IMG/VR virus record: IMGVR_UViG_3300045988_136150
Span: 1 to 59,057 of that record
Reading direction: 5' to 3' (one strand)
From: a virus
Length of the DNA: 59,057 nt
The notes under the pieces were generated by a model. It ran no database searches and had not been told where the DNA came from. It saw only the letters and a program-made list of their open reading frames with translations. The position numbers were made by a program, and so were the translations under genes. Each line of letters begins with the position of its first letter. Position 1 is the stretch's first letter. This document shows positions 8,712 to 17,103 of the stretch, one piece after another.

Positions 8712-8751
8712 TCTAAAAAATTACCGCTCCTGTGATTAGGTTAAGTATCAC
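8712..8751 (+). promoter_or_regulatory. Bipartite intergenic motif, copy 3
   Basis: tctaaaa at 8712 and gtgattaggttaagtatcac at 8732-8751. Confidence 0.6.
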
Positions 8752-8770
8752 AAAGAGAGGAGGATGTACG

Positions 8771-9586
8771 GTGGCAGAGAAAAGAGTAACATCCACAGAT
8801 ATAAAATTAGCTCTTAGAGATTTACATAGCAAGAGAGCTACTTACTTTATAACGGAGTGTAAAACCTGTTCTACATACTTCCCAGATCCACAGGGGCTAC
8901 TTAAATTTGATGGGCTTGCAATAACAAAGAGCTACACTAAGCCTAATATTATTGGTTATGAGATCAAGGTTAGTAGAAACGATTTTAAGCAGGATAATAA
9001 GTGGCACTTGTATTTACAGTACTGTAATGAGTTTTACTTTGTAGTACCCACAGGGCTTGTAAAAAAAGAGGAGCTCCCAGATAATGTAGGGCTTATTTAT
9101 TATAATTCAGAAACAAAGGCTCTTAGAACTGTGAAAAAGGCTTTATACAGGCAGATAGAAAAGCCTGTAGGAGTGTATGAGTATATCATCTATAGCAGAT
9201 TGGAGCAGGATAGGATCCCTTTTTACAATGAGCGTAAAGAGTATTGTGAGGATTACCTCAGAGATAAGGTGGATAGAGAGTACATAGGGGATAGGCTGGG
9301 TAGTAAGCTGGCTATGGACTTACAAAAGGCAGAAAAACGATTACAGGAGTTAGGTAATGCAGATGCTACAGATCGTATATGGAAAAAGGTTAAGAAAGTG
9401 CTGGATAAGCATAATCTCTTACCGTGGAGCTGGTGGAAACCAGAGCAGGAGGATAAGTGGATAGCAGATCTGGATAAAGTGCTTAGTAGTGGAGGCAAAC
9501 CTTTTAAGCTGGATTATGCTATAAGCCATTTAGAGATGAGTTTAACAAGTCTAAAGAATTTAGCGGAGGATGTAGACGATGATTAA
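8771..9586 (+). CDS. MmcB-like PD-(D/E)XK nuclease family protein (putative)
   Basis: FDGLAI...GYEIKVSRNDF. GTG start at 8771 after gaggagg. The listed start at 8732 lies inside the motif. Confidence 0.45.
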   Translation: MAEKRVTSTDIKLALRDLHSKRATYFITECKTCSTYFPDPQGLLKFDGLAITKSYTKPNIIGYEIKVSRNDFKQDNKWHLYLQYCNEFYFVVPTGLVKKEELPDNVGLIYYNSETKALRTVKKALYRQIEKPVGVYEYIIYSRLEQDRIPFYNERKEYCEDYLRDKVDREYIGDRLGSKLAMDLQKAEKRLQELGNADATDRIWKKVKKVLDKHNLLPWSWWKPEQEDKWIADLDKVLSSGGKPFKLDYAISHLEMSLTSLKNLAEDVDDD

Positions 9587-9761
9587 GGCGGAGTATTTAG
9601 GATATAAATGTGAGAGGCTCCAAAAAGGCAAAGTTTATAAGATCTCTACATATTGTGCAGGATCCTCTCTGGTTGTTAAGTGTAAGGGTGCTACTCTCCC
9701 CTATCGTAATCTGGAGCAGTTTCTCAAAGAGTGGAAAGTGAGGGCGGTATATAGTGAATAG
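9579..9761 (+). CDS. Hypothetical protein
   Basis: RBS ggagg. Confidence 0.4.
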   Translation: MIKAEYLGYKCERLQKGKVYKISTYCAGSSLVVKCKGATLPYRNLEQFLKEWKVRAVYSE

Positions 9762-10098
9762 AGCGGAGAGGCGTAGAGCTGAAAAGCAAGCTCACAAGGC
9801 TAAAACAGCTACTTATAACCTCACACAGGAGCAGATAGATAAGATTAAACAAGAGGCTAGAGATGAGGCTGTAGATGTAGCAGTTACTCTTATGTTAGCT
9901 CTCCCTCTGGAGGTACTTATGGGAGAGGGATACTGGGAAAAGACAGCTAAGAGGCGTTTACCTAAGTTTCTGGATGATGTACTTAGTCTTTATGATAGTT
10001 GGAATAAAGGAGTACTCACTATTGAGGAGCTTAGAGAGGATCTATGGAAATATGGAGGTATTAAGTTAGAGCCTCCTAAAGGTACTGAAAAGATGTAG
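9754..10098 (+). CDS. Hypothetical protein
   Basis: GTG start. Basic N-terminus. Confidence 0.4.
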   Translation: MNRAERRRAEKQAHKAKTATYNLTQEQIDKIKQEARDEAVDVAVTLMLALPLEVLMGEGYWEKTAKRRLPKFLDDVLSLYDSWNKGVLTIEELREDLWKYGGIKLEPPKGTEKM

Positions 10099-10107
10099 GA
10101 GGATATT

Positions 10108-10575
10108 ATGGAGATACAAATTAAAGTAGAGGATTACATTACTCCAGAAAAGATAGGAGAGATTTGTGAGGATGAGGTAAGAGCTGTTATTAGGGGCTAT
10201 ATGAGGAATGAGGATAACTTCCAGCGTATAGTAATAAATGGGGCTTATTACTTAGTGCAGAAATGTATAGATGAGGAGCTCCATAGTAAGGGTGAAACCT
10301 TTGAGGAGATCCTTAAGAAAGAGGTAGCCAGAGTGGTAGGAGCTGGGCTTAATAGCTGGGATGTTTTCCGTTACGCTGAGCCTCATTACAGAGTGGCTAA
10401 CATAGGAGCACAGCTTTTAGAGGAGGCTATCCGTGATAACAAAAAGAATATTGATAAAGCGGTAGAGGATGCTATAGCTAATTATCCTTTTGATGAGGTT
10501 AGAGCAGAGATAGCAGATGCCTGTTATGCTATTTTGGAGAGAAAGCTCTTAGGAGGTGCAGTAAATGAAAACTAG
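10108..10575 (+). CDS. Hypothetical protein
   Basis: RBS aggagg. Confidence 0.5.
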   Translation: MEIQIKVEDYITPEKIGEICEDEVRAVIRGYMRNEDNFQRIVINGAYYLVQKCIDEELHSKGETFEEILKKEVARVVGAGLNSWDVFRYAEPHYRVANIGAQLLEEAIRDNKKNIDKAVEDAIANYPFDEVRAEIADACYAILERKLLGGAVNEN

Positions 10576-10999
10576 CACTAGGGCTAAGAGTAGCCAGCAA
10601 GAAAAAAGAATAGCTAAGGCTATGGGTGGTAAACAGGTTATAGGATCTGGATCTACTCCGTTTCTTAAGGGGGATGTAGTGGCAGGTAAACTCTTTATAG
10701 AGGCTAAAACAAAGATGGTACCTAGCCAGCAGATTACGGTAAAAAAGGCGTGGGTAGATAAGGCTAAGGAGCAGAGCTTAGCTATGAGAAAAGAGGATTA
10801 TGCTATAGCGGTATCCTTTGGAGATCCTAAAGAGTATTACCTTATAGAGGATAGTTTTATGGAGGATCTATTTAAGAGCAGAGAGGCTCTTAGGGCTATT
10901 GTAGATGCTTTAGGAGGGCTGGAGGATCCGTTAGTAAATGATTTGGATAACCTCACAGCCAGCGGTATAAGAAAATTGATAAGGAGGCACTTAGAGTAA
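10565..10999 (+). CDS. PD-(D/E)XK-type endonuclease / Holliday junction resolvase-like (putative)
   Basis: GSGSTPFLKGDVVAGKLFIEAKTK (D-x8-E-x-K). Confidence 0.4.
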   Translation: MKTSTRAKSSQQEKRIAKAMGGKQVIGSGSTPFLKGDVVAGKLFIEAKTKMVPSQQITVKKAWVDKAKEQSLAMRKEDYAIAVSFGDPKEYYLIEDSFMEDLFKSREALRAIVDALGGLEDPLVNDLDNLTASGIRKLIRRHLE

Positions 11000-11136
11000 T
11001 GGAATGTTGCGGTAATTGTGGTAACTGTAAAAAAGATAGAGATACTGGAGAGTTTATCTGTACCTGTGAGGCTAGCAATATGTACGGATTGGATACCAGC
11101 TATGGAGATAGCTGTGAGGAATGGTGTGAGAGATGA
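10999..11136 (+). CDS. Cys-rich small protein (45 aa, not in ORF track)
   Basis: Hand translation MECCGNCGNCKKDRDTGEFICTCE. Overlapping stop/start codons (TAATG upstream, ATGA downstream) couple it to both neighbours. Confidence 0.4.
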   Translation: MECCGNCGNCKKDRDTGEFICTCEASNMYGLDTSYGDSCEEWCER

Positions 11137-11567
11137 GTAAAGGGTATGTAATTCATCCAGTACCGTTACTGGATAGAGTAAAACAGCGGTACATACTTAA
11201 GTTAGATTTTAGAAAATATTTTTATGACGAGAGGAGCTATAGAGCTTTTATGGATAACAGAGTAGCAGAGCTTAATAAGGAAAATGCTAAGTATTATGGA
11301 TACGAGGCACAGAGTAACCAGCTTGTAGAGGAGTGTGCAGAGTTGATACAGGCTGTAAGTAAGTACCGTAGAGCTGTAGTAGGCTTAGGACAGCCTGTAA
11401 CAGAGGATAAAAAGACGGTAGCCCTAGAAAATTACATTGAGGAGATCGCAGATGTAGAGATTATGTTGGATCAGATTAAGTACCTACTCCAGATCCCAGA
11501 GGATGAGCTGGAGGCAGTAAAGCTATATAAGATAAATCGTACCAGAGAGCGAATTGTACAAGGTTAA
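11133..11567 (+). CDS. MazG-like nucleotide pyrophosphohydrolase
   Basis: LVEECAELIQA and EEIADVEIML (EExxE/D metal-binding helices). Confidence 0.6.
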   Translation: MSKGYVIHPVPLLDRVKQRYILKLDFRKYFYDERSYRAFMDNRVAELNKENAKYYGYEAQSNQLVEECAELIQAVSKYRRAVVGLGQPVTEDKKTVALENYIEEIADVEIMLDQIKYLLQIPEDELEAVKLYKINRTRERIVQG

Positions 11568-11574
11568 ATAATAG

Positions 11575-11612
11575 GTAGTGCATATCTAAGAAAAATATGC
11601 ACTACTTTTTTT
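11575..11612 (+). terminator. Rho-independent terminator
   Basis: gtagtgcatat (11575-11585) pairs with atatgcactac (11595-11605), followed by T7. Confidence 0.75.
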
Positions 11613-11620
11613 ATTTTCTC

Positions 11621-11660
11621 TCTAAATATCTCTTACCTCTGTGATTAGGTTAAGTATCAC
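11621..11660 (+). promoter_or_regulatory. Bipartite intergenic motif, copy 4
   Basis: tctaaat at 11621 and gtgattaggttaagtatcac at 11641-11660. Confidence 0.6.
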
Positions 11661-11680
11661 AGTTAAGAGGAGGGGTAGTT

Positions 11681-11974
11681 ATGGGTATCGCCTATCAAAT
11701 GCTGGATTACTTAAAGGATTATCACACTACAGAAAACAAAGCAATAAAAAGTAGAGAGCTCCGCTCCCTGTTTAATCTTACAGATAAGCAGGTTAGAAAT
11801 GTGGTAAGCCAGTTGAGGCAGGATGGAGAGCCTGTATGTAGCTCCTCTTATGGATACTGGTATAGCACGGATCCAGACGATATAGAGAAAACTTTACATA
11901 GGCTGGAGGCACAGGTGGAAAATATGAGTATTTCCATCAAAGGATTACAAAAGGCTTTAGGAGGTAAAGGATGA
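11681..11974 (+). CDS. Hypothetical winged-helix-like protein
   Basis: SRELRSLFNLTDKQVRNVVSQLRQDG resembles a wHTH. Weak call. Confidence 0.35.
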   Translation: MGIAYQMLDYLKDYHTTENKAIKSRELRSLFNLTDKQVRNVVSQLRQDGEPVCSSSYGYWYSTDPDDIEKTLHRLEAQVENMSISIKGLQKALGGKG

Positions 11975-12783
11975 TGCAGACACAGGATAGTAGATCTGGT
12001 AGAGAGAGAGCTATTAGGAGAGCTAAGCAGAGAAAAAAGAAAATGATTGAGCGGTATGTATCGCTTATATGTGCAGTTATTTTGTGCGTAGGTTTTATTG
12101 TTTGGATTACTGTAGGATGTTCTAGCAAGGGGGAAACTCCTCCAGCAGAGGAGCAGGTAAGTAATATACCTACAGTAACAGAAACTCCTACTACAAAACC
12201 AGAGGAAATAGAGGAGCCTGTTTGGGGATATGGGGATCCTAATAATGATGTTTACCCCTATTGCATTATGAGTAAGGATTGGGGTGCTGAGGTTTATGAG
12301 GAGGGGTACCGTTTCTACGATATACCTACATCTTATAAGATGAGCGGTGGAATGTTCCCAGAGGTAGCACAGGTTTATCTATGGTGTATCTGTAGGGATG
12401 CTGGTGTAGATTATTATACCGTACTTGCCATTATTGAGAGGGAGAGCGGTTATAGATATGATGCTACAGGAGATAACGGATCCTCTAAAGGCTTAATGCA
12501 GATATGGGAGAGTAATCACTTAGATAGGATGGAGGCTCTGGGAGTAGATGACCTTTATAATCCTTACTCTAATATGAGAGTGGGAGTAAATTTCTTAGCA
12601 GAGCTTAACAGTAGATACCTAGAGAGTAGTGGAGCCCATTGTGTTCTTATGGCTTATAATATGGGAGCCTCTGGAGCTAATAAGTTATGGGCTAAGGGTA
12701 TTTACAGTACTACATATACAAAACAGATTTTACAAAGGGCACAGGAGATAAAACAGGAAATACAGGATCAGCAGGATCAGTAA
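11971..12783 (+). CDS. Membrane-anchored lytic transglycosylase (SLT domain)
   Basis: N-terminal TM segment, IIERESGY (catalytic ES) and KGLMQI. Confidence 0.75.
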   Translation: MMQTQDSRSGRERAIRRAKQRKKKMIERYVSLICAVILCVGFIVWITVGCSSKGETPPAEEQVSNIPTVTETPTTKPEEIEEPVWGYGDPNNDVYPYCIMSKDWGAEVYEEGYRFYDIPTSYKMSGGMFPEVAQVYLWCICRDAGVDYYTVLAIIERESGYRYDATGDNGSSKGLMQIWESNHLDRMEALGVDDLYNPYSNMRVGVNFLAELNSRYLESSGAHCVLMAYNMGASGANKLWAKGIYSTTYTKQILQRAQEIKQEIQDQQDQ

Positions 12784-12790
12784 AGGATTA

Positions 12791-12818
12791 AAGGATACTA
12801 GAAATAGTATCCTTATTT
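12791..12818 (+). terminator. Hairpin / terminator (putative)
   Basis: aaggatacta pairs with tagtatcctt around a gaaa loop. The T-run is weak. Confidence 0.5.
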
Positions 12819-12842
12819 CCGTTTGTAAGGAGGTACTCAAAG

Positions 12843-13046
12843 GTGCTTAAAGTGGGAGATACCGTTAAATGGATGTGCCCTTTAGATCACGATTATTTAT
12901 ATGGGGAAATTGTAAGCATTAAGAAAAGTATAGCTACTGTAAAAGGGATAGGATTATACAGCCACATTACAGCAGAAGTACACCTTAAATACATAGAAAA
13001 ACTTACAGGAGGTAGAAACTGTGGGAAATGTGAGAGAGATAATTAA
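12843..13046 (+). CDS. Hypothetical protein
   Basis: GTG start after aaggagg. Confidence 0.4.
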   Translation: MLKVGDTVKWMCPLDHDYLYGEIVSIKKSIATVKGIGLYSHITAEVHLKYIEKLTGGRNCGKCERDN

Positions 13047-13422
13047 CTACTCTCTTTTGAGGGTTAGCTATAAGGATAAGAAACAGTTAAAGAGGCTACT
13101 TAGGATGTGGGGTACCTTAGATGGGCTTGGAGATAAGGGAGATGCAGTAGCTATCTGTATTCTTATAGATCTAAAAAGAGTTACTGGGATAGATCCAGAT
13201 AAGTATAAAAGAAGTAATAGGAAACTCTTTAATGAGGGATATAAAGATGGGGTACTCAGTTTTACTCAATATATGGCAATAGCCTATACCCTAGTGCTGG
13301 GATATTCACAGGAGGATCTAGCTTATGTAATGGGTGTGGATCAGTCTGTGATAAGTAGAAATATTAACAGCGGATTAAAACAGATGCAAATAGGGTTAAG
13401 AGCTTTTGAGGAGGAGGATTAA
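13021..13422 (+). CDS. Sigma-70 region-4-like HTH protein (candidate late-gene regulator)
   Basis: LGYSQEDLAYVMGVDQSVISRNINSGLKQM. Located just upstream of the packaging genes. Confidence 0.45.
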   Translation: MGNVREIINYSLLRVSYKDKKQLKRLLRMWGTLDGLGDKGDAVAICILIDLKRVTGIDPDKYKRSNRKLFNEGYKDGVLSFTQYMAIAYTLVLGYSQEDLAYVMGVDQSVISRNINSGLKQMQIGLRAFEEED

Positions 13423-13426
13423 CCCT

Positions 13427-13663
13427 ATGGCTAGAATAAGAAAAGAGGATGAGGCGGATAGATGGCTTAGAGAGCACGATCCTTATTACTCCAGCACTAA
13501 GAAAGATAAGCGTAAAAAAGAGAAATATCCATACGACACTCCAGAGCAGGAGCATAGGAGGATGCAGATAGAGATACCTCTTAGTAATCTGAATAAGAGG
13601 CAAAGAACGGAGCTTAAAGGGGTTTTAGGCTCTTATGATGAGGATGGAGAGTTTAATCTGTAG
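13427..13663 (+). CDS. Hypothetical basic protein
   Basis: Start moved to the ATG at 13427 (MARIRKED), which follows gaggaggagg. Confidence 0.45.
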   Translation: MARIRKEDEADRWLREHDPYYSSTKKDKRKKEKYPYDTPEQEHRRMQIEIPLSNLNKRQRTELKGVLGSYDEDGEFNL

Positions 13664-13680
13664 GATTGATACATAAAAAG

Positions 13681-13708
13681 TACAGGATTGTAACCTATCT
13701 TATGAAAG
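13681..13708 (+). repeat. 28-bp exact repeat tacaggattgtaacctatcttatgaaag (copy 1 of 2)
   Basis: Identical string at 23289-23316. Both copies lie in intergenic gaps upstream of late genes. Confidence 0.85.
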
Positions 13709-13753
13709 AAAAATACATACCCTATGAAATAGAATGAAACGGAGGTACAGGTT

Positions 13754-14347
13754 ATGGAGGTAAAAGAGGTAAAAGTATTGTATGCGGATCCTCTGGATCT
13801 TATACCGTATGAGAATAACCCTAGAGTAAATGATTATGCGGTTAAAAAGGTTATGGAGAGTATTGAGGAGTTTGGGTTTAGAAACCCTATCTTAGTGGAT
13901 GCTGATATGGTTATTATTGCAGGGCATACACGCAGAGAGGCTAGTATCTTAGCAGGGCTTACAAAAGTACCTTACATTGTAGCCGATGATTTAAGCCCAG
14001 AGCAGGTAAAGGCTTACCGTATCGCAGATAATAAGCTGGGAGAGCTTGCTACTTGGGATGATGAGATGCTTAAGGCGGAGCTGTTTGGGTTGCAGGAGGT
14101 AGATTTTCCTTTAGAGGTTATGGGATTTACAGAAATGGATCTTAAGGATCTGTTTACAGAGCAGGAGCCTCCGAAAGAGAAAAAGGCGAAAGAGGAGAAA
14201 ACTACTTTACCTATGCTCCGTTTTGGGAGTAACAGCGTGAGGATTACAGAGGATGAGTTGGTAATGCTTAGTAATCGTTATAATGAATATATAGAACTCA
14301 CTCCAGAGGAGGGCTTTATTAAATGGTTACTAAAGAGAGGCTTATGA
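13754..14347 (+). CDS. ParB-like nuclease domain protein
   Basis: ENNPRVN...FGFRNPILVD...IIAGHTRREA. Confidence 0.75.
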   Translation: MEVKEVKVLYADPLDLIPYENNPRVNDYAVKKVMESIEEFGFRNPILVDADMVIIAGHTRREASILAGLTKVPYIVADDLSPEQVKAYRIADNKLGELATWDDEMLKAELFGLQEVDFPLEVMGFTEMDLKDLFTEQEPPKEKKAKEEKTTLPMLRFGSNSVRITEDELVMLSNRYNEYIELTPEEGFIKWLLKRGL

Positions 14348-14553
14348 GGCGTAAAATGGATCTTGTAGAGGGTAGAGATTATGTGGTAAATAGTAGAGCG
14401 GTAAAAAAGGCTGTAAAGAGATATGAGAAAGCTAATGCTGAAAAGCTAGCTACTATTTCTTTACAAGAGGAGTACTTAGCTTGTTTTACGGAGTACATAA
14501 AGAAATACCGTAAAAGCTATTATAATTCTATTCACGAGGAGAGGCGGATATAA
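14323..14553 (+). CDS. Hypothetical protein
   Basis: RBS gaggaggg lies 9 nt upstream of the ATG at 14323. Confidence 0.4.
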   Translation: MVTKERLMRRKMDLVEGRDYVVNSRAVKKAVKRYEKANAEKLATISLQEEYLACFTEYIKKYRKSYYNSIHEERRI

Positions 14554-14568
14554 AAGCCTCTCTTTTTA
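14539..14568 (+). terminator. Rho-independent terminator
   Basis: gagaggc (14539-14545) pairs with gcctctc (14556-14562), followed by T5. Confidence 0.6.
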
Positions 14569-14601
14569 TATTTCAGTATTCCTATGAAATGACAATGAAA
14601 A

Positions 14602-14646
14602 GGCGGAGAGCGGAGCTGGGGGGCGGAAAAAGAGCCAAAAGGCGGA
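14602..14646 (+). promoter_or_regulatory. Three GGCGGA boxes spaced 19-20 bp upstream of terS (candidate pac or regulator sites)
   Basis: ggcgga at 14602, 14622 and 14641, with further copies at 14543 and 14881. Confidence 0.35.
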
Positions 14647-14878
14647 AAGAAAGCCACTCTATAGTATAAAAATACTAAGAGTAAAGATAATGAAAAATAA
14701 TACTGAAATATAAAAGGGTAATTCAAAAGGAGTATTGAAAAGCCTGTAATAAGATTTTCAATATAAATATTCCTCAAAGTAAGGAGAGAAATACGGTAGG
14801 TAAGAAAAACTGTAGAAAATTTCCCATATACCAAAAGGGGAGAAAAAAGGGCGTTTTGAGCCAGAAAGGAGGGCAAAA

Positions 14879-15349
14879 ATGGCGGATAAGCTAACTAATG
14901 AGAATGAGCTCCAGAAAAGGGCTTTTGAGATGTATTATGGCTTAGGAGATAAGCGATCCTTAAAGGCTGTGGCAGAAACTATAGGGCGTACAGAGCGTAC
15001 CGTAGCTGGCTGGAGCAGATCTTTTAACTGGGTAGCCAGAGTAACACAGCGTAATATAGAAAATGCTAAGAATAAGCAGGAGGAGGCTATAAATACTCAG
15101 CTTACGGATGTAAGGACTAGATACAGGGTAGTTATCAATAACCTTATGGCTGAATTATCCCAGAGAGTAGCTAAAGGAGAGTTTAAGGTTAAGAATATTA
15201 CCGATTTTGAAAAGCTGGTAAAACTGGATCTATTGCTTATGGGAGAGGCTACAGAGCGTACAGAGGTAGCAGGTAGCTCCACAGAGTTATCTAAGGCGGA
15301 TCAAGAGCGTTTGGATGAGATTGTAAGGCTCTTAGGGAGCTGTAAGTAA
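14879..15349 (+). CDS. Terminase small subunit
   Basis: N-terminal HTH-like SLKAVAETIGRTERTVAGWSRSFNW. Position matches the packaging module. Confidence 0.65.
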   Translation: MADKLTNENELQKRAFEMYYGLGDKRSLKAVAETIGRTERTVAGWSRSFNWVARVTQRNIENAKNKQEEAINTQLTDVRTRYRVVINNLMAELSQRVAKGEFKVKNITDFEKLVKLDLLLMGEATERTEVAGSSTELSKADQERLDEIVRLLGSCK

Positions 15350-15442
15350 GCCTTTACTCCTCAATTAGTGGTAGAAATACTTACATTTTTGAGGATAGTA
15401 TAAAGAAAATGCTAGGGAAATAGGCAAAGGGCGTTGACATTA

Positions 15443-15482
15443 TCTAAAAAAGAGGCTGAAAAGTGATTATATTGAGTATCAC
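15443..15482 (+). promoter_or_regulatory. Bipartite intergenic motif, copy 5
   Basis: tctaaaa at 15443 and gtgattatattgagtatcac at 15463-15482. Confidence 0.55.
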
Positions 15483-15512
15483 AGCAAAATAAAAGTACAG
15501 GAGGTACATAGT

Positions 15513-15887
15513 ATGAGTGATAATATTAAGCATCCCTCTCATTATGCGGAGGGTAGAAAACACGAGCCTAAGGATGTTATCCGTGATTGGGGGCTCAATT
15601 TTAATATGGGAAATGCGGTAAAGTATCTTTCCAGAGCAGGGCGTAAAGGAGATAAGATTGAGGATCTTAAGAAAGCCCAGCAGTATATCCAGTTTGAGAT
15701 TGATGCTATTGAGGCAGAGCGTGAGGGAAATACTCCTAAGGCTCCTATCCATCCTAATTGTAGATGCTCTGTTAAGCCTGTAATGCGTGATATGCCGAAA
15801 GTGGGAGTAATTGAGCTGGAGGTACCTGTAGGAACTCCTCCAGAGGAGATTATCCAGATGGCTATTAAGAAAATCTACGGAGCGTGA
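15513..15887 (+). CDS. DUF3310-like protein with C-terminal HPNCRC segment
   Basis: HPSHYAEG...GNAVKYLSRAGRKG is DUF3310-like. C-terminal PIHPNCRCSVKPV matches the MuF motif at 21.59 kb. Confidence 0.55.
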   Translation: MSDNIKHPSHYAEGRKHEPKDVIRDWGLNFNMGNAVKYLSRAGRKGDKIEDLKKAQQYIQFEIDAIEAEREGNTPKAPIHPNCRCSVKPVMRDMPKVGVIELEVPVGTPPEEIIQMAIKKIYGA

Positions 15888-15989
15888 GATATGCTTAGTA
15901 GAAAAGAGCGTAGAAAAAGGCGTAAGATGGGATATGAGCCTCTACCCTATTGGAGGCAGATTTTATATATCATATTTAGGAGGTAAGAG

Positions 15990-16625
15990 ATGCAGGTAAT
16001 TAAGGCAGGTTTTGAGATTATGGATATTCTCAATGGAGAGGAGATCCTTAGAAAAATAGAAAAGGTAGCTAGAGTATGCTACAAGAGTGAGGATAAGATC
16101 GGAGAGGGCACAGCGGAAAAGATGGTAAGAGCTCTTATTAAGAGTAATCATCTTGCTATGCTGGAGCATTTTAGCTTTTCGGTTAAGTTTATCTGTGATA
16201 GAGGGGTATCTCACGAGATAGTAAGGCACAGAGTAGCCTCTTTTGCACAGGAGAGTACCAGATATTGTAACTATGGATCTAAGAGTGGAGAGATTACTGT
16301 TATTGAGCCTTGTTTTTGGGGAAAGGATAGTATTGAGTATAATGAGTGGGCTAGTGCCTGTGAGATGGCAGAAAGCTACTACCTTTCCTTGATTGATTTG
16401 AAAGCTACCCCTCAGGAGGCTAGATCCGTACTTCCCAATAGTCTAAAAACAGAGGTAGTAATGACAGCTAACCTTAGAGAGTGGAGGCATTTCTTTAGCC
16501 TCAGAGCTTGCGGATCTACTGGTAAGCCTCATCCTCAAATGCTGGAGGTAGCGGTACCGCTTTTACAGGAGGTTAAAAAGCTCATCCCTGTAGTGTTTGA
16601 TGATCTGGAGCCTATGGAGGTATAA
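15990..16625 (+). CDS. thyX: Flavin-dependent thymidylate synthase ThyX
   Basis: EIVRHRVASFAQESTRY (RHRxxS...SxRY signature). Confidence 0.85.
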   Translation: MQVIKAGFEIMDILNGEEILRKIEKVARVCYKSEDKIGEGTAEKMVRALIKSNHLAMLEHFSFSVKFICDRGVSHEIVRHRVASFAQESTRYCNYGSKSGEITVIEPCFWGKDSIEYNEWASACEMAESYYLSLIDLKATPQEARSVLPNSLKTEVVMTANLREWRHFFSLRACGSTGKPHPQMLEVAVPLLQEVKKLIPVVFDDLEPMEV

Positions 16626-16628
16626 AAA

Positions 16629-16835
16629 ATGTGGAGCTATGTAATTGTGGGCGGTGTGTGCTTGATAGTAGGGGCTGTAATAGGTATCTTTACTATCGCT
16701 TTGGTATCTCTTAATGCAAATACGGAGAGCGTGGGGCAGAAACCTAAGGATGAGAGTGAGATTTATATGGGTACCTGTAGCCTTAGTGCTACACATAGTA
16801 CTCCAGAGGAGGTAAAGCAGGATGCAGATAGGTAA
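16629..16835 (+). CDS. Small membrane protein
   Basis: One hydrophobic helix VIVGGVCLIVGAVIGIFTIALV. Confidence 0.45.
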   Translation: MWSYVIVGGVCLIVGAVIGIFTIALVSLNANTESVGQKPKDESEIYMGTCSLSATHSTPEEVKQDADR

Positions 16836-17103
16836 TGTGGTAATCATTAAAGGAGATAACAGGCTTTTAGGAGAGGTTATTGAGATTGATGATTTTGATA
16901 GAGCTAAAGTAAAGCTCTGTGAGAGTGGTGTGGAGGTGTTGGTAGATCTTTGTAACTTAGTATGTACTGGCAGTACACAGCCACAGAGAGAGAGAGTGGT
17001 AATATCGTACATATTTTGGGTACAGAGTATAAGATCCTTATTATTGAGGAGGATGATTACCGATATAACAAAGAGGCGGATGGATGGTGTGATCCACAGG
17101 TAA
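16822..17103 (+). CDS. Hypothetical protein, probably the 5' part of a gene interrupted at an (AG)6 repeat
   Basis: Strong RBS gaggagg. The C-terminal 45 aa look like out-of-frame sequence. Overlaps the next ORF by 142 nt. Confidence 0.35.
   Translation: MQIGNVVIIKGDNRLLGEVIEIDDFDRAKVKLCESGVEVLVDLCNLVCTGSTQPQRERVVISYIFWVQSIRSLLLRRMITDITKRRMDGVIHR

Noticed and set aside
8732-8770. The listed 5' extension of the MmcB-like ORF (start at 8732), and similar extensions at 4823, 7849, 13406, 28571, 29311, 36312, 41448, 42382 and 51281
   Set aside because: These upstream starts lack an RBS or fall inside regulatory motifs. Internal ATG/GTG codons preceded by GGAGG at 6-10 nt were preferred.
14532-14876. 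114-aa minus-strand ORF filling the gap upstream of terS
   Set aside because: The translation is low-complexity and hydrophobic from an AT-rich spacer. There is no RBS. The region is better explained as regulatory or pac DNA.
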